Of a stretch of DNA of 64,000 bases, positions 1 through 11,618 are shown piece after piece. Made by a program: the position numbers and the translations under genes. Source of the DNA: Puccinia triticina (lineage: Eukaryota); NCBI GenBank assembly GCA_026914245.1, contig CP110439.1, forward strand, positions 2,418,001 through 2,482,000, in the 5' to 3' direction. Below the pieces are notes generated by a model. It was not told where the DNA came from. It saw nothing but the letters and a program-made list of their open reading frames with translations, and did not search any database. Position 1 is the stretch's first letter. Each line of letters opens with the position of its first letter.

Positions 1-100
1 TGGTCTTGCTTTTGTGCTGCAACAAATTTTGTCGTTTAAGGTTGAGAGAAGAATGATTTATGCATTTATACATGCATGAAATTCAACTTTGAAGACCATA

Positions 101-457
101 ATTCAAAATTGTATAAGATTTTTTTACATAAAATCATAAACTGCAATTTTGCCTGGGAGATGTCACTTAAAGTTTTATGCACACTGACATCTCCCAGCCA
201 AAATTGGTTTTATGATTTTATGTAAATAGTGAAATATGCAATTAGGGTGTTCAAAGTTGACTTGCATAAAATCATAACACCATAAAATCATAAAATTCTG
301 AGGTGAAAAAAAAATGTACACCCAAACACTCAAATTAGAGCAACATTTCTAAAATGGTACATATAAAATCATCCTTTGAAAGTTTTATGATTTTATAATT
401 TTATGTAATGAAAATTTTATGATTTCAACTTTTAACACCTTAAATTTTGAATACCAC
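101..457. mobile_element. Foldback MITE-like element (outer), interrupted by a second MITE
   Basis: Left arm ATTCAAAATTGTATA matches reconstructed right arm TATGCAATTTTGAAT; inner inverted repeat AATTTTGCCTGGGAGATGTCA / TGACATCTCCCAGCCAAAATT; CATAAAAT/ATTTTATG motifs. Confidence 0.55.
243..442. mobile_element. MITE, 200 bp, 3-bp AAT TSD
   Basis: Ends TAGGGTGTTCAAAGTTG / CAACTTTTAACACCTTA; AAT at 240-242 and 443-445; related to MITE at 47504-47684. Confidence 0.75.
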
Positions 458-1099
458 AATTGACACCTGGTGAACCGGTTGGATCATTGGTTCACGTAGC
501 CTCTCATGGTTCAGTGACTTACAGTGGGTCATCTAATTTTTTGGTACCACATTTTTCAATGCAGAAGCTCAGCCCACAGACTTCAAGTCATAAGATTGGC
601 TACCAAGGAGGAAAAGAAGTTCCAAAAAATGATTATGAAATAAAACAAATTAAAAATGAAAAATGTGGCAATTTTCTAATTTCTTCCAAATTTCTCAGAA
701 TGTTCATTACTCAGCCAAGGGTGGGCAGTTATCCAGATGAAAATCTGACTGTAAAAAGATGCAGAGATGTGCAATGGAGTTTTTATTGTATCTTTGTGTT
801 GCTTGATAGTCCTCCTAACTATATTCATTGTATTTACATATTTGCTCACTGAGAGCATCCACCCTTGTCTCTGTAAACCCGCTCGGTAAGGCAGATTTAC
901 AGAGTATGTAAGTGATTTTACACCCCCGTGCCCTCTTTAGGGCTCTTTAGCTAAATGGTTGTTTGGTAAATCTTTAAGGCTTGCTAGATTTACCCACCGC
1001 TAAAGAGCCTCCGTAAGGAAGATTTTGCAGAGCCTACATAATCCTACATAGCTTCACCCCCCCCCCCCCCCCTCTCCGGGCCTCCACCAACAAAAAAAA

Positions 1100-1710
1100 C
1101 TTGGATGACCCATCATCAATAGACCAGGATGTACATAACAACTATCAACAGGAGGACCGGGCATCAATAGGATGCCAGGGCGTCAATACAATGACCGGTC
1201 ATAGATAGACCACTCATAACATAACGGTCATTGATAAAACAACCGGTCATCAATATACTGGTGATTCATTGATACAATGACTCAGACCAACTGGTAATTG
1301 ATAGGCCGGCTATCAATAGGATGCCCGGTCATTGATAGACCGGGCATCAATACAATGACCAGTCATAACAAAACTAGGATGACCAGTCATCAATGTGACC
1401 GGTGATTGATAGGATTGTTGAATTATGCTTATATTCATTATACAGTATGCTTCAAACATAACACTAGCAATCTTGTATATAGTCTATACTAGATTGCCGT
1501 AGGCGTTTCTCTCCTCAGTGAATCAGAATCATCTCTTTCCTCACTCCTGAGTGTCACTAGACTTCACGTCTGTGAACTTCAGTGTTCATCTCCTGTCACC
1601 CTCAACAAGGATGACCGGGAATCCAATTGGATGACCATCATGTTGTTCAATACAGGATGACCGGTCATTGATGTGACCGATACAATGACCGGTCATTGAT
1701 TTGACCAACA
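1100..1710. repeat. Degenerate array of palindromic ATGACCGGTCAT motifs
   Basis: Many copies of (A/G)ATGACCGGTCAT(C/T); resembles the internal motif of the element at 2673-4003. Confidence 0.7.
1416..1607. mobile_element. Solo LTR, 192 bp
   Basis: TGTTGA...TCAACA termini; 5-bp TSD AGGAT (1411-1415, 1608-1612). Confidence 0.85.
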
Positions 1711-1890
1711 CCACAGATGTTTGCTCAGAACTTGCGTGCAAGTGCCTTCACCCCTCTCTTTAGGAACCCTTTAAGATCTCTGGCAGAACTTGACACCAAT
1801 TTATGTGTAATTTTGGATTGAATTTATGCTCAAGTGTGTCTGAATTGATGCTGAATCTTGTATGAATTCATGTTGGACATGGTTTCATAT

Positions 1891-4068
1891 TGTCAGGGTT
1901 CGTCTCTTATTTGACGTAACTCGGTTTTAGCTCGCGGGCCGCGGCGGAGAAGTAGCGGCAAGCGGAGAATGGTCACACTATAGCTGGAAAGCCAGTGGAA
2001 TAAATTCCAACTCAACGCCGAGAGGCGGAGGGACTGGCACCCTTACGTGTGTAAGGGGACGCGGCGAAAATCAAGCCAAGCGCCGTTGCGGTATAAGGAG
2101 GAACTCACTTATCTTCTAGGTTACAGGTGTGATAATAACACCTGTACCTAGGGTAGAGATACACGAAGAGAGAGAAAGGGCTGTAAAGGAAGAAGATGGT
2201 TAGTAGACTATGTAAAAACCCCACTCACTGTATTTTCAGTAAGGTACACGGGTTTGTATGGCAATAATCTTTGTGGGAGAATCTCTACAGGTGAGAGACC
2301 TCCCTTTTTATATTGCAGGGATCAGCTCCCTCCTTCGAGTCAAGGTCCTGAGAGATCCTTAACTCCAAGGAGGAGTGATCACGGAATTCAGAAGGGGATT
2401 TACATAAATGGGTATGTAATCTCCCCATTTGTACATACTTTGAGCTTAATCAGGATAAATACACAGAGAGATAAGATTATCCCTCTCTGTATGTACAAAT
2501 ATGTAATCAGTGTGAAATAAGGTTTAATTACATATTCAAAAGAATGTGAAATATGTAATAAGTACATAATAATAGTACATAGGAAGAAAAGGTACATAAT
2601 TAATGTAATGACAGGGAATTGAACTCTTGACTTCATGTACAAGAGTCAATTATTAAAGAAGTCTTTAACCATCACCACCTGCAAATGGGTGTGGTTTTCT
2701 CCGCAGCCACACCCAGTGGTTTTCCAACTGAACTCGCGCGGCCCCCGGGAACCATCATTCGGGGTAAACATAACTCGCCCGGGCCGGTCATCTGGCTGGT
2801 CACATGACAACCAGCCAAGTTGTACAGCTTGATGAACGGCGAGCCGCGGGTCATCAGGACGCACCGATGACCGGACAGCTGGGCGGTCATCAAGGTATAC
2901 ATGCCTCGATGACTGGTCAGACGGCTGGTTGTCAAGGCAGACAGCTCAATGACTGGAGCCGGCCGGTCATCAAGACGGTAAACACTCGATGACCGGCCAT
3001 CTAATTGGTCATTAAGGCACAGATACAACTCGATCACCGGCCAGCTGGCTGGTCATCGAGGTGTCCTTGATGTCAAGATACATGTACCTTGATGACCAGC
3101 CATCTGAGCAGTCATCAAGGTATACACCTCAATGACCGGCCAACTGGCTGGCCATCAACATATGTACCTCAATGACCAGCCAGCTGGCTGGTCTTCGAGG
3201 TATGAATGTACCTTGATGAACCGACCCGAGCTGGCCGGTCATCAAGGTGTATGCCTTAATGGCCGGTTGGCTCTGGTAATCAATGATCAAGGCCTTGATG
3301 ACCGGCCGGCTCCGGTCGTCAATGATCCAGCCTTGATGACAGGGATGATCAAGGTGTATGCCTTGACGACCGGCCTGCTCCGGTCATCAAGGTGCCTGTA
3401 TACCTCGACAACCAGCCAGCTGACCGGTCATCGAGGTACAATTTTGATGGCCAGCCAGTTGGCCGGTCATTGAGGTGTATACTTTGATGACTGGTCAGAC
3501 GGCTGGTCATCGAGGTATACATGTACCTCGATGACCGGAGCCAGCCGGTCATCAAGGACACTTCAATGACCAGCCAGCTGGCCGGTCTGAGGTGATCGAG
3601 GTGTAACCTTGATGACCGGTCATTGATCAGTGTCTGCCTTCTTGATGACCGGCCGGCTCCGGTCATCGAGCTGTCTGCCTTGATGACCAGCCGTCTGACC
3701 AGTCATTGAGGCATGTATAGCTCGATGACCGGCCAGCTGTCCGGTCATTGGTGTGTCCTGATGACCCGCGGCTGTCCGGTCATCGGTGTGTCCTGATGAC
3801 CCGCGGCTCGCCGGTCATCAAGTTGCACAACTTGGCTGGTCGTCATTTGACCAGCCAGATGAACGGCCCGGGTGAGTTATGTGTATCATCACCCCGAATG
3901 ATGGTTTCCGGGGGCCGCACGAGTTTTCCGGGGGCCGCGCAAGTTCCGAGGGAAAACCACTGGCTGTGGCTGCGGAGAAAACCACACCCATTTGCAGGTG
4001 GTGCATTAGGTTATAAGACATGTACTAAACATTGTAGACACATGGACTTAGTGTCTCAGTGTCTGACA
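1891..4068 (-). mobile_element. Solo LTR (~844 bp net) split by a CACTA-like insertion
   Basis: TGTCAG...CTGACA termini; 5-bp TSD CATAT (1886-1890, 4069-4073); strand guessed from a TATAAAAA motif on the minus strand near 2305-2312. Confidence 0.8.
2673..4003. mobile_element. Non-autonomous CACTA/EnSpm-like foldback element, 1331 bp
   Basis: CACCACCTGCAAATGGG / CCCATTTGCAGGTGGTG termini; 3-bp TSD CAT; inverted arms of about 300 bp or more; interior of repeated GATGACC-Nn-GGTCATC palindromes; no transposase. Confidence 0.85.
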
Positions 4069-4484
4069 CATATCAACCTGATATCCACCCCAACTGGACT
4101 ATTTGAGTAATTGTATCTTTTACAGAACCTGTGTTCAACTGCATTGCAAAGCAATCTCCATTTCTTGGCAGAAACCAGATTTATCTTGATGTAATAATAT
4201 ATTTTCATTGATCATGTGCTTATTATGCCGTCCACACCACTCAAAATGTGTTTTCATATATGAAAAACAAACATTTTGGCTGGGTAGATATACCTTTGTG
4301 ATGAAAGTGCATAAATTCAATGAATCTTCTTTCTGTTTTTATCACATCAAGCAAACTGTCCACTAAATCCATCATCAACGGAAGTGGGTATCTATTCTTC
4401 ACCGTGACGGCATTCAGTTTGAAGTAGTTGAAGCATGGTCGTAAGTTGCTGTCCTTTTTTCCTGTGAACAACACCAGTGCCGCC

Positions 4485-4552
4485 TGTTGAAATGTTGTAA
4501 TCCTCAGTGGTCAAAATCAACACATCAGGCATGGACTTGATAGCCTAGTTGA

Positions 4553-4587
<35 letters not shown>

Positions 4588-4669
4588 AAGCTAAGGTCGC
4601 TGGTTCAAATCCTGCCCAAGTCAATCATTTTCTGCTAAGCGTCTGCAAAATGCATTGTTAGTTTGAACA
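4485..4669. mobile_element. Solo-LTR-like insertion, 185 bp, containing a tRNA-like cassette
   Basis: TGTTGA...TGAACA termini; TSD CCGCC/CCTCC (1 mismatch); removal restores RT motif SPWAALVLF. Confidence 0.75.
4534..4623 (+). tRNA. tRNA-like sequence or tRNA pseudogene, anticodon ambiguous
   Basis: Acceptor GACTTGA/CCAAGTC, D arm GCCT/AGGC with A-box-like TAGCCTAGTTGA, B box GGTTCAAATCC, T4 run at 4628-4631. Confidence 0.6.
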
Positions 4670-5271
4670 CCTCCCAGGGTGACGTCGTCCGCCTGATAGT
4701 GCCATGATCTATGCCTTCTTGGATCAGTTTGTCTAGCCCTTTGTTTTCTGCCGGCGACAATGGGATGATGCGGCTGGCCTGTGGAAGCGTTCCAGGGAGC
4801 AGGTCAACCCGGAAGTTGTACTTCCTCCAAGGGGGTACACTACCAAGATGGATGAATTTGCAATGGCGTATATTGATCAATATAGCGTATATTGATCAAT
4901 TTTTTTTTTATTCTTCTTGATACCTTTGTCTGTGTTCCATGTCTCCTTAATACTCTTCTATAATCTCTCTCCTTCCCCCTGAATTTGCTTCAAGCCACAG
5001 GAATCTTTTTTTTTGTCTGATAACATTCATAAATCTCTACATACACCGTTCAATTCTTCATGAAAAAAAGACATTGCAAGTTTGAGGATTAATCCAGAGT
5101 GGCTGAGGGGTCTCAAATTTATTTCTTTTTTTTTACTTCAACAATTGATGTTATCAGAAGTCTCCAAATCTACTTTTTTTCAAAAAAGGAAAAACATTGA
5201 CCCCTGACCTCTCTCATGATACCATCCTGCACACATTTTTAATTTGGTTGGTTGAACTTCCTGAAGATATT

Positions 5272-5474
5272 AGGGGGGTTCACAATACGATAAAAATAAG
5301 TTTTTAGAGCCAATGTTGAGGCCTTTACAGACAGTTTTTTAAAAAATGAAGAACACCCTCTGATTGCCAGGGGACACCTAATCCTGTAAATCATGCCATA
5401 TTTTTAAAAAGTTGTTGATAAAGGCCTTAAAATTGACTCTAAAGTTTTATTTTTATCCTATTGTGAACCACCCT
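5272..5474. mobile_element. MITE, 203 bp, ATT TSD (PIF/Harbinger-like by TSD length)
   Basis: AGGGGGGTTCACAATACGATAAAAATAA / TTATTTTTATCCTATTGTGAACCACCCT; empty site (GTGCAATATCTTCAGG) visible in the host's right arm near 11170. Confidence 0.85.
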
Positions 5475-6496
5475 ATTGCACATCATACTTGAAGTGCTAC
5501 ATGCATAGAAGGTTTTTTGAAATTAGTTTACCATGGTTTAGCATATTTTTGTCAGGTTCTTTTTTTTATCTACTTTTGTTGTCAACCACAGATTGATGAG
5601 GAACATTTCCACATAAAATTTCATTGGACAATTGCTCTGCATATGAAACCCAGAAATATTGTGTTTGGGGTCACATCCATTATGCAAAGGCTACAATCTG
5701 ATCAGTTGCCAAATATCACTACTTTGGTAGTCTCTTGGTGTTTCTGCCACTATATCTCATCCCAGTGTGGGAATTTTTTCAAGATATTGTTACCAAAATG
5801 TTGGAAAGCGCCCAAAGTTTCATTATGTACCTTTAATGACCACAAAACCCCCAAATGTAGCAGCTACAGTCTGATCAGTTTCCAAACATCACTACTTTGG
5901 TAGGTTCTTGGTGTTTCTGCCACTATATCTCATCGCAGCGTGGGAATTCTTCTGCAATATGATTAGCAAAATGTTTAAAAGCCCACAAAGTTTTATTATG
6001 TACCTTTACTGACCAAAAAACCCCCAAATATAGCAGCTACAGTCTGACCAGTTTCCAAATATCACTGCTTTGGTAGTTTCTTTGTGCTTCTCCCACTATA
6101 TCTCTTCCCAGGGTGGGAATTCTTCTGCCATATGGTTACTAAAATTTGGAAAAGCCCCCAAAGTTTCATTATGTACCTTTACTGACCACAAAACCCCCAA
6201 ATATAGCAGCTACAGTCTGATCAGTTTCCAAATGTCACTACTTTGGTAGGTTCTTGGTTTTTCTGCCACTATATCTCATCCCAGCGTGGGAATTCTTCTG
6301 CAATATTATTAGCAAAATGTGAACAAGCCCCCAAAGTTTCATTATGTACCTTTACTGACCAACAAACCCCCAAATATAGCAGCTACAGTCTGATCAGTTT
6401 GCAAATATCACTACTTTGGTGGTTTCTTGGTGTTTCTGCCACTATATCTCATCCCAGCGGGGGAGTCCTTCTGCCATATGGTTACCAAAGTGTTAA

Positions 6497-7593
6497 CACC
6501 AGGGGAGATATGTTCCCACTCCCCAGGGAGTGCCAGAGCTGAATTTTATGTGAGTTTGGTCGGATGTGAGCCTGATGTGGATTAGTAACTCATCCACAAA
6601 ATAGTAAATTGGATGGAGAAGTTAGTGAAAAGTCATTCCCAATTGATTTGGAAGTCAACACAATGTTGTGTGGAATTCTTTTGTTTTCTATGTACAACTG
6701 TAGGAAGAAATATGATGAAATGATATTTCACCAAAGTCCAACTCATCAATTGCTCCTGTTTACTGATTTTTAAGGATAGCAAAGCAAAATTCCCATTCTC
6801 AAAAGTAATTCCTCCAAAAAAATGGGTTTCTTGTAATTCACATTATATGCCCTGATGTACAAAATTAAACTAAAAGTTGACTTGGTATTATTGGGTTTAG
6901 ATTTTTGGAATGTGGTAATGTTGCAGTCATTGAAATTGAAACCCATTTTCTTGGAAATGCGGGAATTAATTTGAATTTGGCTGATAAAAATGACAAAAAA
7001 CTGTTTTAATAGGGTGAAAGTCTGAGTTAAGTCAAGGTTGGATTGCGGTGCCAATTCACTTTGGCCATATATCCTTTCCTCCTCACAAAAATGATCTAGT
7101 GAATTTTGTATTTTTTTGCTTTTCAAAATTCACATGTGCACATGCAAGTTAACCTTTTTGCACTTTGCTAATTGTCACCCTGATGTACGCGCGTACATTG
7201 AGGTGGAAATATCACAGGATGGGCCTTTCACAGCCACATGAAAAGTAAATTTTTTGTTTTGAGACACCAATTTCCCCCCTGATGTACGCGAGTACATGAG
7301 GGGGAAAAAATCACAGGCTGGGCCTTTCACATCTCCATGGAAAGGACACACTGGTCATGGAGCCAAGAAAGGACTATATTCTAGATGAGTTCTGGATGAA
7401 TTATAGATGAGTTCTGGATGATTTTTTGGCAAGTTATGGTTTATTTCGGGATGATTTCCAACTGATTTCCACGCTGACTTCCAGTCTTGTTCATTCCTAT
7501 TCAATATTGCTTTACCAAAGGCCTCCAGCACAGTTATGGAAAAAAGTTACGGTAAGGCACTCCCTGGGGAGTGGGAACATATCTCCCCTAGTG
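6497..7593. mobile_element. Non-autonomous CACTA element, 1097 bp
   Basis: CACCAGGGGAGATATGTTCCCACTCCCCAGGGAGTGCC matched by its near-perfect reverse complement ending TAGTG; TSD TAA. Confidence 0.88.
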
Positions 7594-9029
7594 TAACATG
7601 CCGCCAATAATTCATCATGTACCTTTACTGACCACAAATCCAAATGAAGCAGCAACAGTCTCATCAGTTCCCAAATATCACTACTTTGGTAGTTTCTTGG
7701 TGTTTCTGCCACTATATCTCATCCCAGAATGGGGACCTTCTGCCATATGGTTACCAAAATTTTAACATGCCACCAACAATTCATTATGTACCTTTACTGA
7801 CCACAAAACCTCCAAATGTAGCAGCTACAGTCTGATCAGTTCCCAAATATCACTACTTTGGTAGTTTCTTGGTGTTTCTGCGACTTTATCTCATCCCAGC
7901 ATGGGAATCCTTCTGCCATATGGTTACCAAAATGTGAACAAGCCCCCAAAATTTCATTATGTACCTTTACTGACCACAAAACCCCCGAATGTATCAGATA
8001 CAGTCTGATCAGTTCCCAAATGTCACTAATTTGGTAGTTTCTTGGTGTTTCTGCCACTATATCTCATCCCAGCATGGGGATTCCTCTGCCATATGGTTAA
8101 AAAAATGTTTACAGGCCCCCAAAGATTCATTATGTACCTTTACTGACCACAAAACCTCCAAATGCAGCAGCTACAGTCTGATCAGTTCCCAAATATCACT
8201 ACTTTGGTAGTTTCTTGGTGTTTCTGCCACTATATCTCATCCCAGCATGGGAATCCTTCTGCCATATGGTTACCAAAATGTGTACAAGCCCCCAAAATTT
8301 CATTATGTACCTTTACTGACCACAAAACCCCCAAATGTATCAGCTACAGTCTGATCAGTTCCCAAGTGTCACTACTTTGGTAGTTTCTTGATGTTTCTGC
8401 CACTATATCTCATCCCAGTGTGGGAATCCTTCTGCCATATGGTTAAAAAAATGTTTCCAGGCCCCCAAAGATTCATTATGTACCCTTACAGACCACAAAA
8501 CCCTCAAATGTAGCAGCTACAGTCTGATCAGCTCGCAAACATCACTACTTTGGTAGTTTCGGGGTGTTTCTGCCACTATATCGCATCCCAGCGTGGGAAC
8601 CCTTCTGCCATATGGTTACCAAAATGTTCAAAGGCCCCCAAAGATTCATTATGTACCTTTAATGACCACAAAACCTACAAATTCAGCAGCTACAGTCTGA
8701 TCAGCTCCCAAATATCACCACCTTGGTGGTTTCTTGGTGTTTCTGCCACTATATATCATCCCATCGTGGGAATCTGTCTGCCATATGGTTACCAAAATTT
8801 CAGAAGCCCCCAAAGTCTCATTAAGTACCTCTACTCACCACAAAACCCCCAAATGTGGCAGCTACAGTCTAATCAGTTCCCAAGTATCCCTACTTTTGTA
8901 GTTTCTTGGTGTTTCTGCCACTATATCTCATCCCAGCATGGGAATCCTTCTGGTATATGGGTACAAAAATGTTTACAAGCCCCCAGTGTTTCATTATGTA
9001 CCTTTACTGACCACAAAACCCCCAAATTT

Positions 9030-9506
9030 TGTCAGAATCTGAGCTTTTCAGTCCGCTCACTTTCTATCTTCCTCGTTCCTGTTCCTGTTCCTGTTCCTGT
9101 TCCAGTACCTGTTCCTGTTCCCTGTTCCTGTCTCAGTCCCAGTACCCGTTCCCTGTTCCTGTCCCAGTCCCAGTACCCGTTCCCCGTTCCAGTCCCTGTT
9201 CCTGTCCCCAGTTCCTGTTCATGTCACAATTCCAGTTCCAGTAAATGTTGTGTTCCTGTTGTCTTGTGTTGCATGCTTTTAGGCCCCCTCTGGATCTTGT
9301 GCAGGGGGCTCTCTAGTTGTGTATACGTGTCCGCTCCTCGGATAAGAAATTGATCATCGAGTTTGAGCCTTAAGTTAAGGCTCAAACTCGATGATCATTG
9401 GTTAAGGCCCTTAACCAACCTGACCCACCTGTGTCCCCCACCACACGCTCCTCTTTCACCACCCCTCGTCTCCATCGCCTCATCACATTGAGTTGAAATC
9501 TTGACA
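9030..9506. mobile_element. Solo LTR, 477 bp, with a (GTTCCT)n-like tract and perfect palindromes
   Basis: TGTCA...TGACA termini; TSD AATTT; satellite unit resumes in register after it. Confidence 0.85.
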
Positions 9507-10470
9507 AATTTAGCAGCTACAGTCTGATCAGTTGGCAAATATCACTACTTTGGTGGTTTCCTGGTGTTTCTGCCACTATATCTCATCCCAGCGTGGAAAT
9601 CCTTATGCGATATGGTTACCAAAATTGTTACAGGCCCCCAAAGATTCATTGTGTTCCTTAAATGACCACAAAAAACCCAAATGTAGCAGCTACAGTCTGA
9701 TCAGTTCCCAAATATCACTACTCTGGTAGTTTCTTGGTGTTTCTGCCCCTATATCTCATCCCAACATGGGAATCATTCTGCCATATGGTTACCAAAATGT
9801 TTACAGGCCCCCAAAGTCTCATTATGTACCTTTACTGAAGACAAAACCCCCAAATATAGCAGCTACATCCTGATCAGTTCCCAAATATCACTACTTTGGT
9901 AGTTTCTTGGTGTTTCTGCCACTATATCTCATCCCAGCGTGGGAATCCTTCTGCCATATGTTTACCAGAATGCTAACAAGCCCCCAAAGTCTCATCCTGT
10001 ACCTTTAATCACGACAAAACCCCCAAATGAAGCAGCTACAGTCTGATCAGTTCCCAAATATCACTACTTTGGTAGTTTCTTGGTGTTTCTGCCACTATAT
10101 CTCATTGCAGCGTGGAAATTGTTCTGCCATATGGGTATCAAAATGTATACAAGCCCTCAAATACTCATCATGTACCTCAATGACCACAAAACCTCTGAAT
10201 GTAGCAGCTAAAGTCTGATCAGTTCCCAAATATCACTACTTTGGTAGTTTCTTGGTGTTTCTGCCACTATATCTCATCCCAGAGTGGGAATCCTTTTGCC
10301 ATATGGTTACCAAAATTTTTACAAGCCCCCAAAGTCTCATTGTGTACCTTTACTGACAACAGAAACCCCAAATGTAGCAGCTACAGTCTGATCAGTTCCC
10401 AAATGTCACTACTTTGGTAGTTTCTTGGTGTTTCTGCCACTATATCTCATCCCAGCGTGGGAATCCTTCT

Positions 10471-10960
10471 AAGTTACATAAAGAAACTTTGGTATCTTGT
10501 TTAAATTTTGATATACATATGGCAGAAGAATTCCGACTCTGGGATGAGATAAAGTGGCAGAAACACCGAGAAACTACCAAAGTAGTGATATTTGGGAACT
10601 GATCAGACTGTAGCTGCCTCATTTGGGGGTTTTGAGGTCAATACACACAAGTAATGAAACATTGGGGGCTTGTAAAATTTTTGGTAACCATATGGCAGAA
10701 GGATTCCCACACTGGGATGAGATATAGTGGCAGAAACACCCAGAAACTACCAAAGTAATGATATTTGGGAACTGATCAGACTGTAGCTGCTACGTTTTGA
10801 GGTTTTGTGGTCAGTAAAGGTACATAATGAATCTTTGGGGGCCTGTAAACATTTTGGTAACCATAAGGCAGAAGGATTGCCACGCTGGGATGAGATATAG
10901 TGGCAGAAACACCAAGAAACTGCCAAAGTAGTGATATTTGGCAACTGATCAGACTGTGCT
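10471..10960 (-). repeat. Inverted copies (about 3) of the 173-bp satellite
   Basis: Reverse complement of the unit (GATATTTGGGAACTGATCAGACTGTAG). Confidence 0.9.
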
Positions 10961-11618
10961 GCTGCATAATGGATGTGACCCCAAACACAATATTTCTGGG
11001 TTTCATATGCAGAACAATTGTCCAATGAAATTTTGTGTGGAAATATTCCTCATTAACCTGTGGTTGACAACAAAAGTAGATAAAAAAAAGAACCTGACAA
11101 AAATATGCCAAACCATGGTAAACTGATTTCAAGAAGCCCTCCTATGCATGTAGCGCTTCAAGTATGATGTGCAATATCTTCAGGAAGTTCAACCAACCAA
11201 ATTAAAAATGTGTGCAGGATTGTATCATGAGAGAGGTCAGGGGTCAATGTTTTTCCTTTTTTGAAAAAAAGTAGATTTGGAGACTTCTGATAACATCAAT
11301 TGTTGAAGTAAAAAAAAAGAAATAAATTTGAGACCCCTCAGCCACTCTGGATTAATCCTCAAACTTGCAATGTCTTTTTTTCATGAAGAATTGAACGGTG
11401 TATGTAGAGATTTATGAATGTTATCAGACAAAAAAAAAGATTCCTGTGGCTTGAAGCAAATACAGGGGGAAGGAGAGAGATTATAGAAGAGTATTAAGGA
11501 GACATGGAACACAGACAAAGGTATCAAGAGGAATAAAAAAAAATGATCAACATAAATTGATCAATATACCCTATATTGATCAATATACGACATCACAAAT
11601 TCATCCATCTTGGTAGTG

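Larger units (their letters stand above)
4345..4837 (-). pseudogene. pol: Gypsy-1 reverse transcriptase N-terminal fragment, split by the 4485-4669 insertion
   Basis: IIPLSPAEN...IRRTTSPW | VLFTGKKDSNLRPCFNYFKLNAVTVKNRYPLP. Confidence 0.85.
5691..10470 (+). repeat. 173-bp tandem satellite, about 18 copies, two interruptions
   Basis: Unit CTACAGTCTGATCAGTTCCCAAATATCACTACTTTGGTAG... recurs at 5691, 5864, etc. Confidence 0.95.
4838..11618. mobile_element. Non-autonomous CACTA element, 6781 bp, with ~650-bp inverted arms and an internal satellite
   Basis: CACTACCAAGATGGATGAATTTG / CAAATTCATCCATCTTGGTAGTG; 3-bp TSD GTA (4835-4837, 11619-11621); interrupts Gypsy-1 pol. Confidence 0.92.

Noticed and set aside
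2635..4110. Overlapping ORFs on both strands
   Set aside because: By-products of the GC-rich palindromic repeat; no domain motifs
4579..4595. Selenocysteine or opal-suppressor tRNA from the TCA hairpin
   Set aside because: Arm order and stem lengths do not fit tRNA-Sec; other anticodon readings are equally plausible and the sequence looks decayed
9029..9244. PVPVPV / SCSCSC repeat protein
   Set aside because: Hexamer microsatellite inside a solo LTR
5691..10470. CRISPR-like array
   Set aside because: No unique spacers, whole units repeat, no cas genes, eukaryotic context
5517..11132. Many similar short ORFs (SWCFCHYISSQ...)
   Set aside because: Translations of the 173-bp satellite; the unit is not a multiple of 3 and the frames are full of stops
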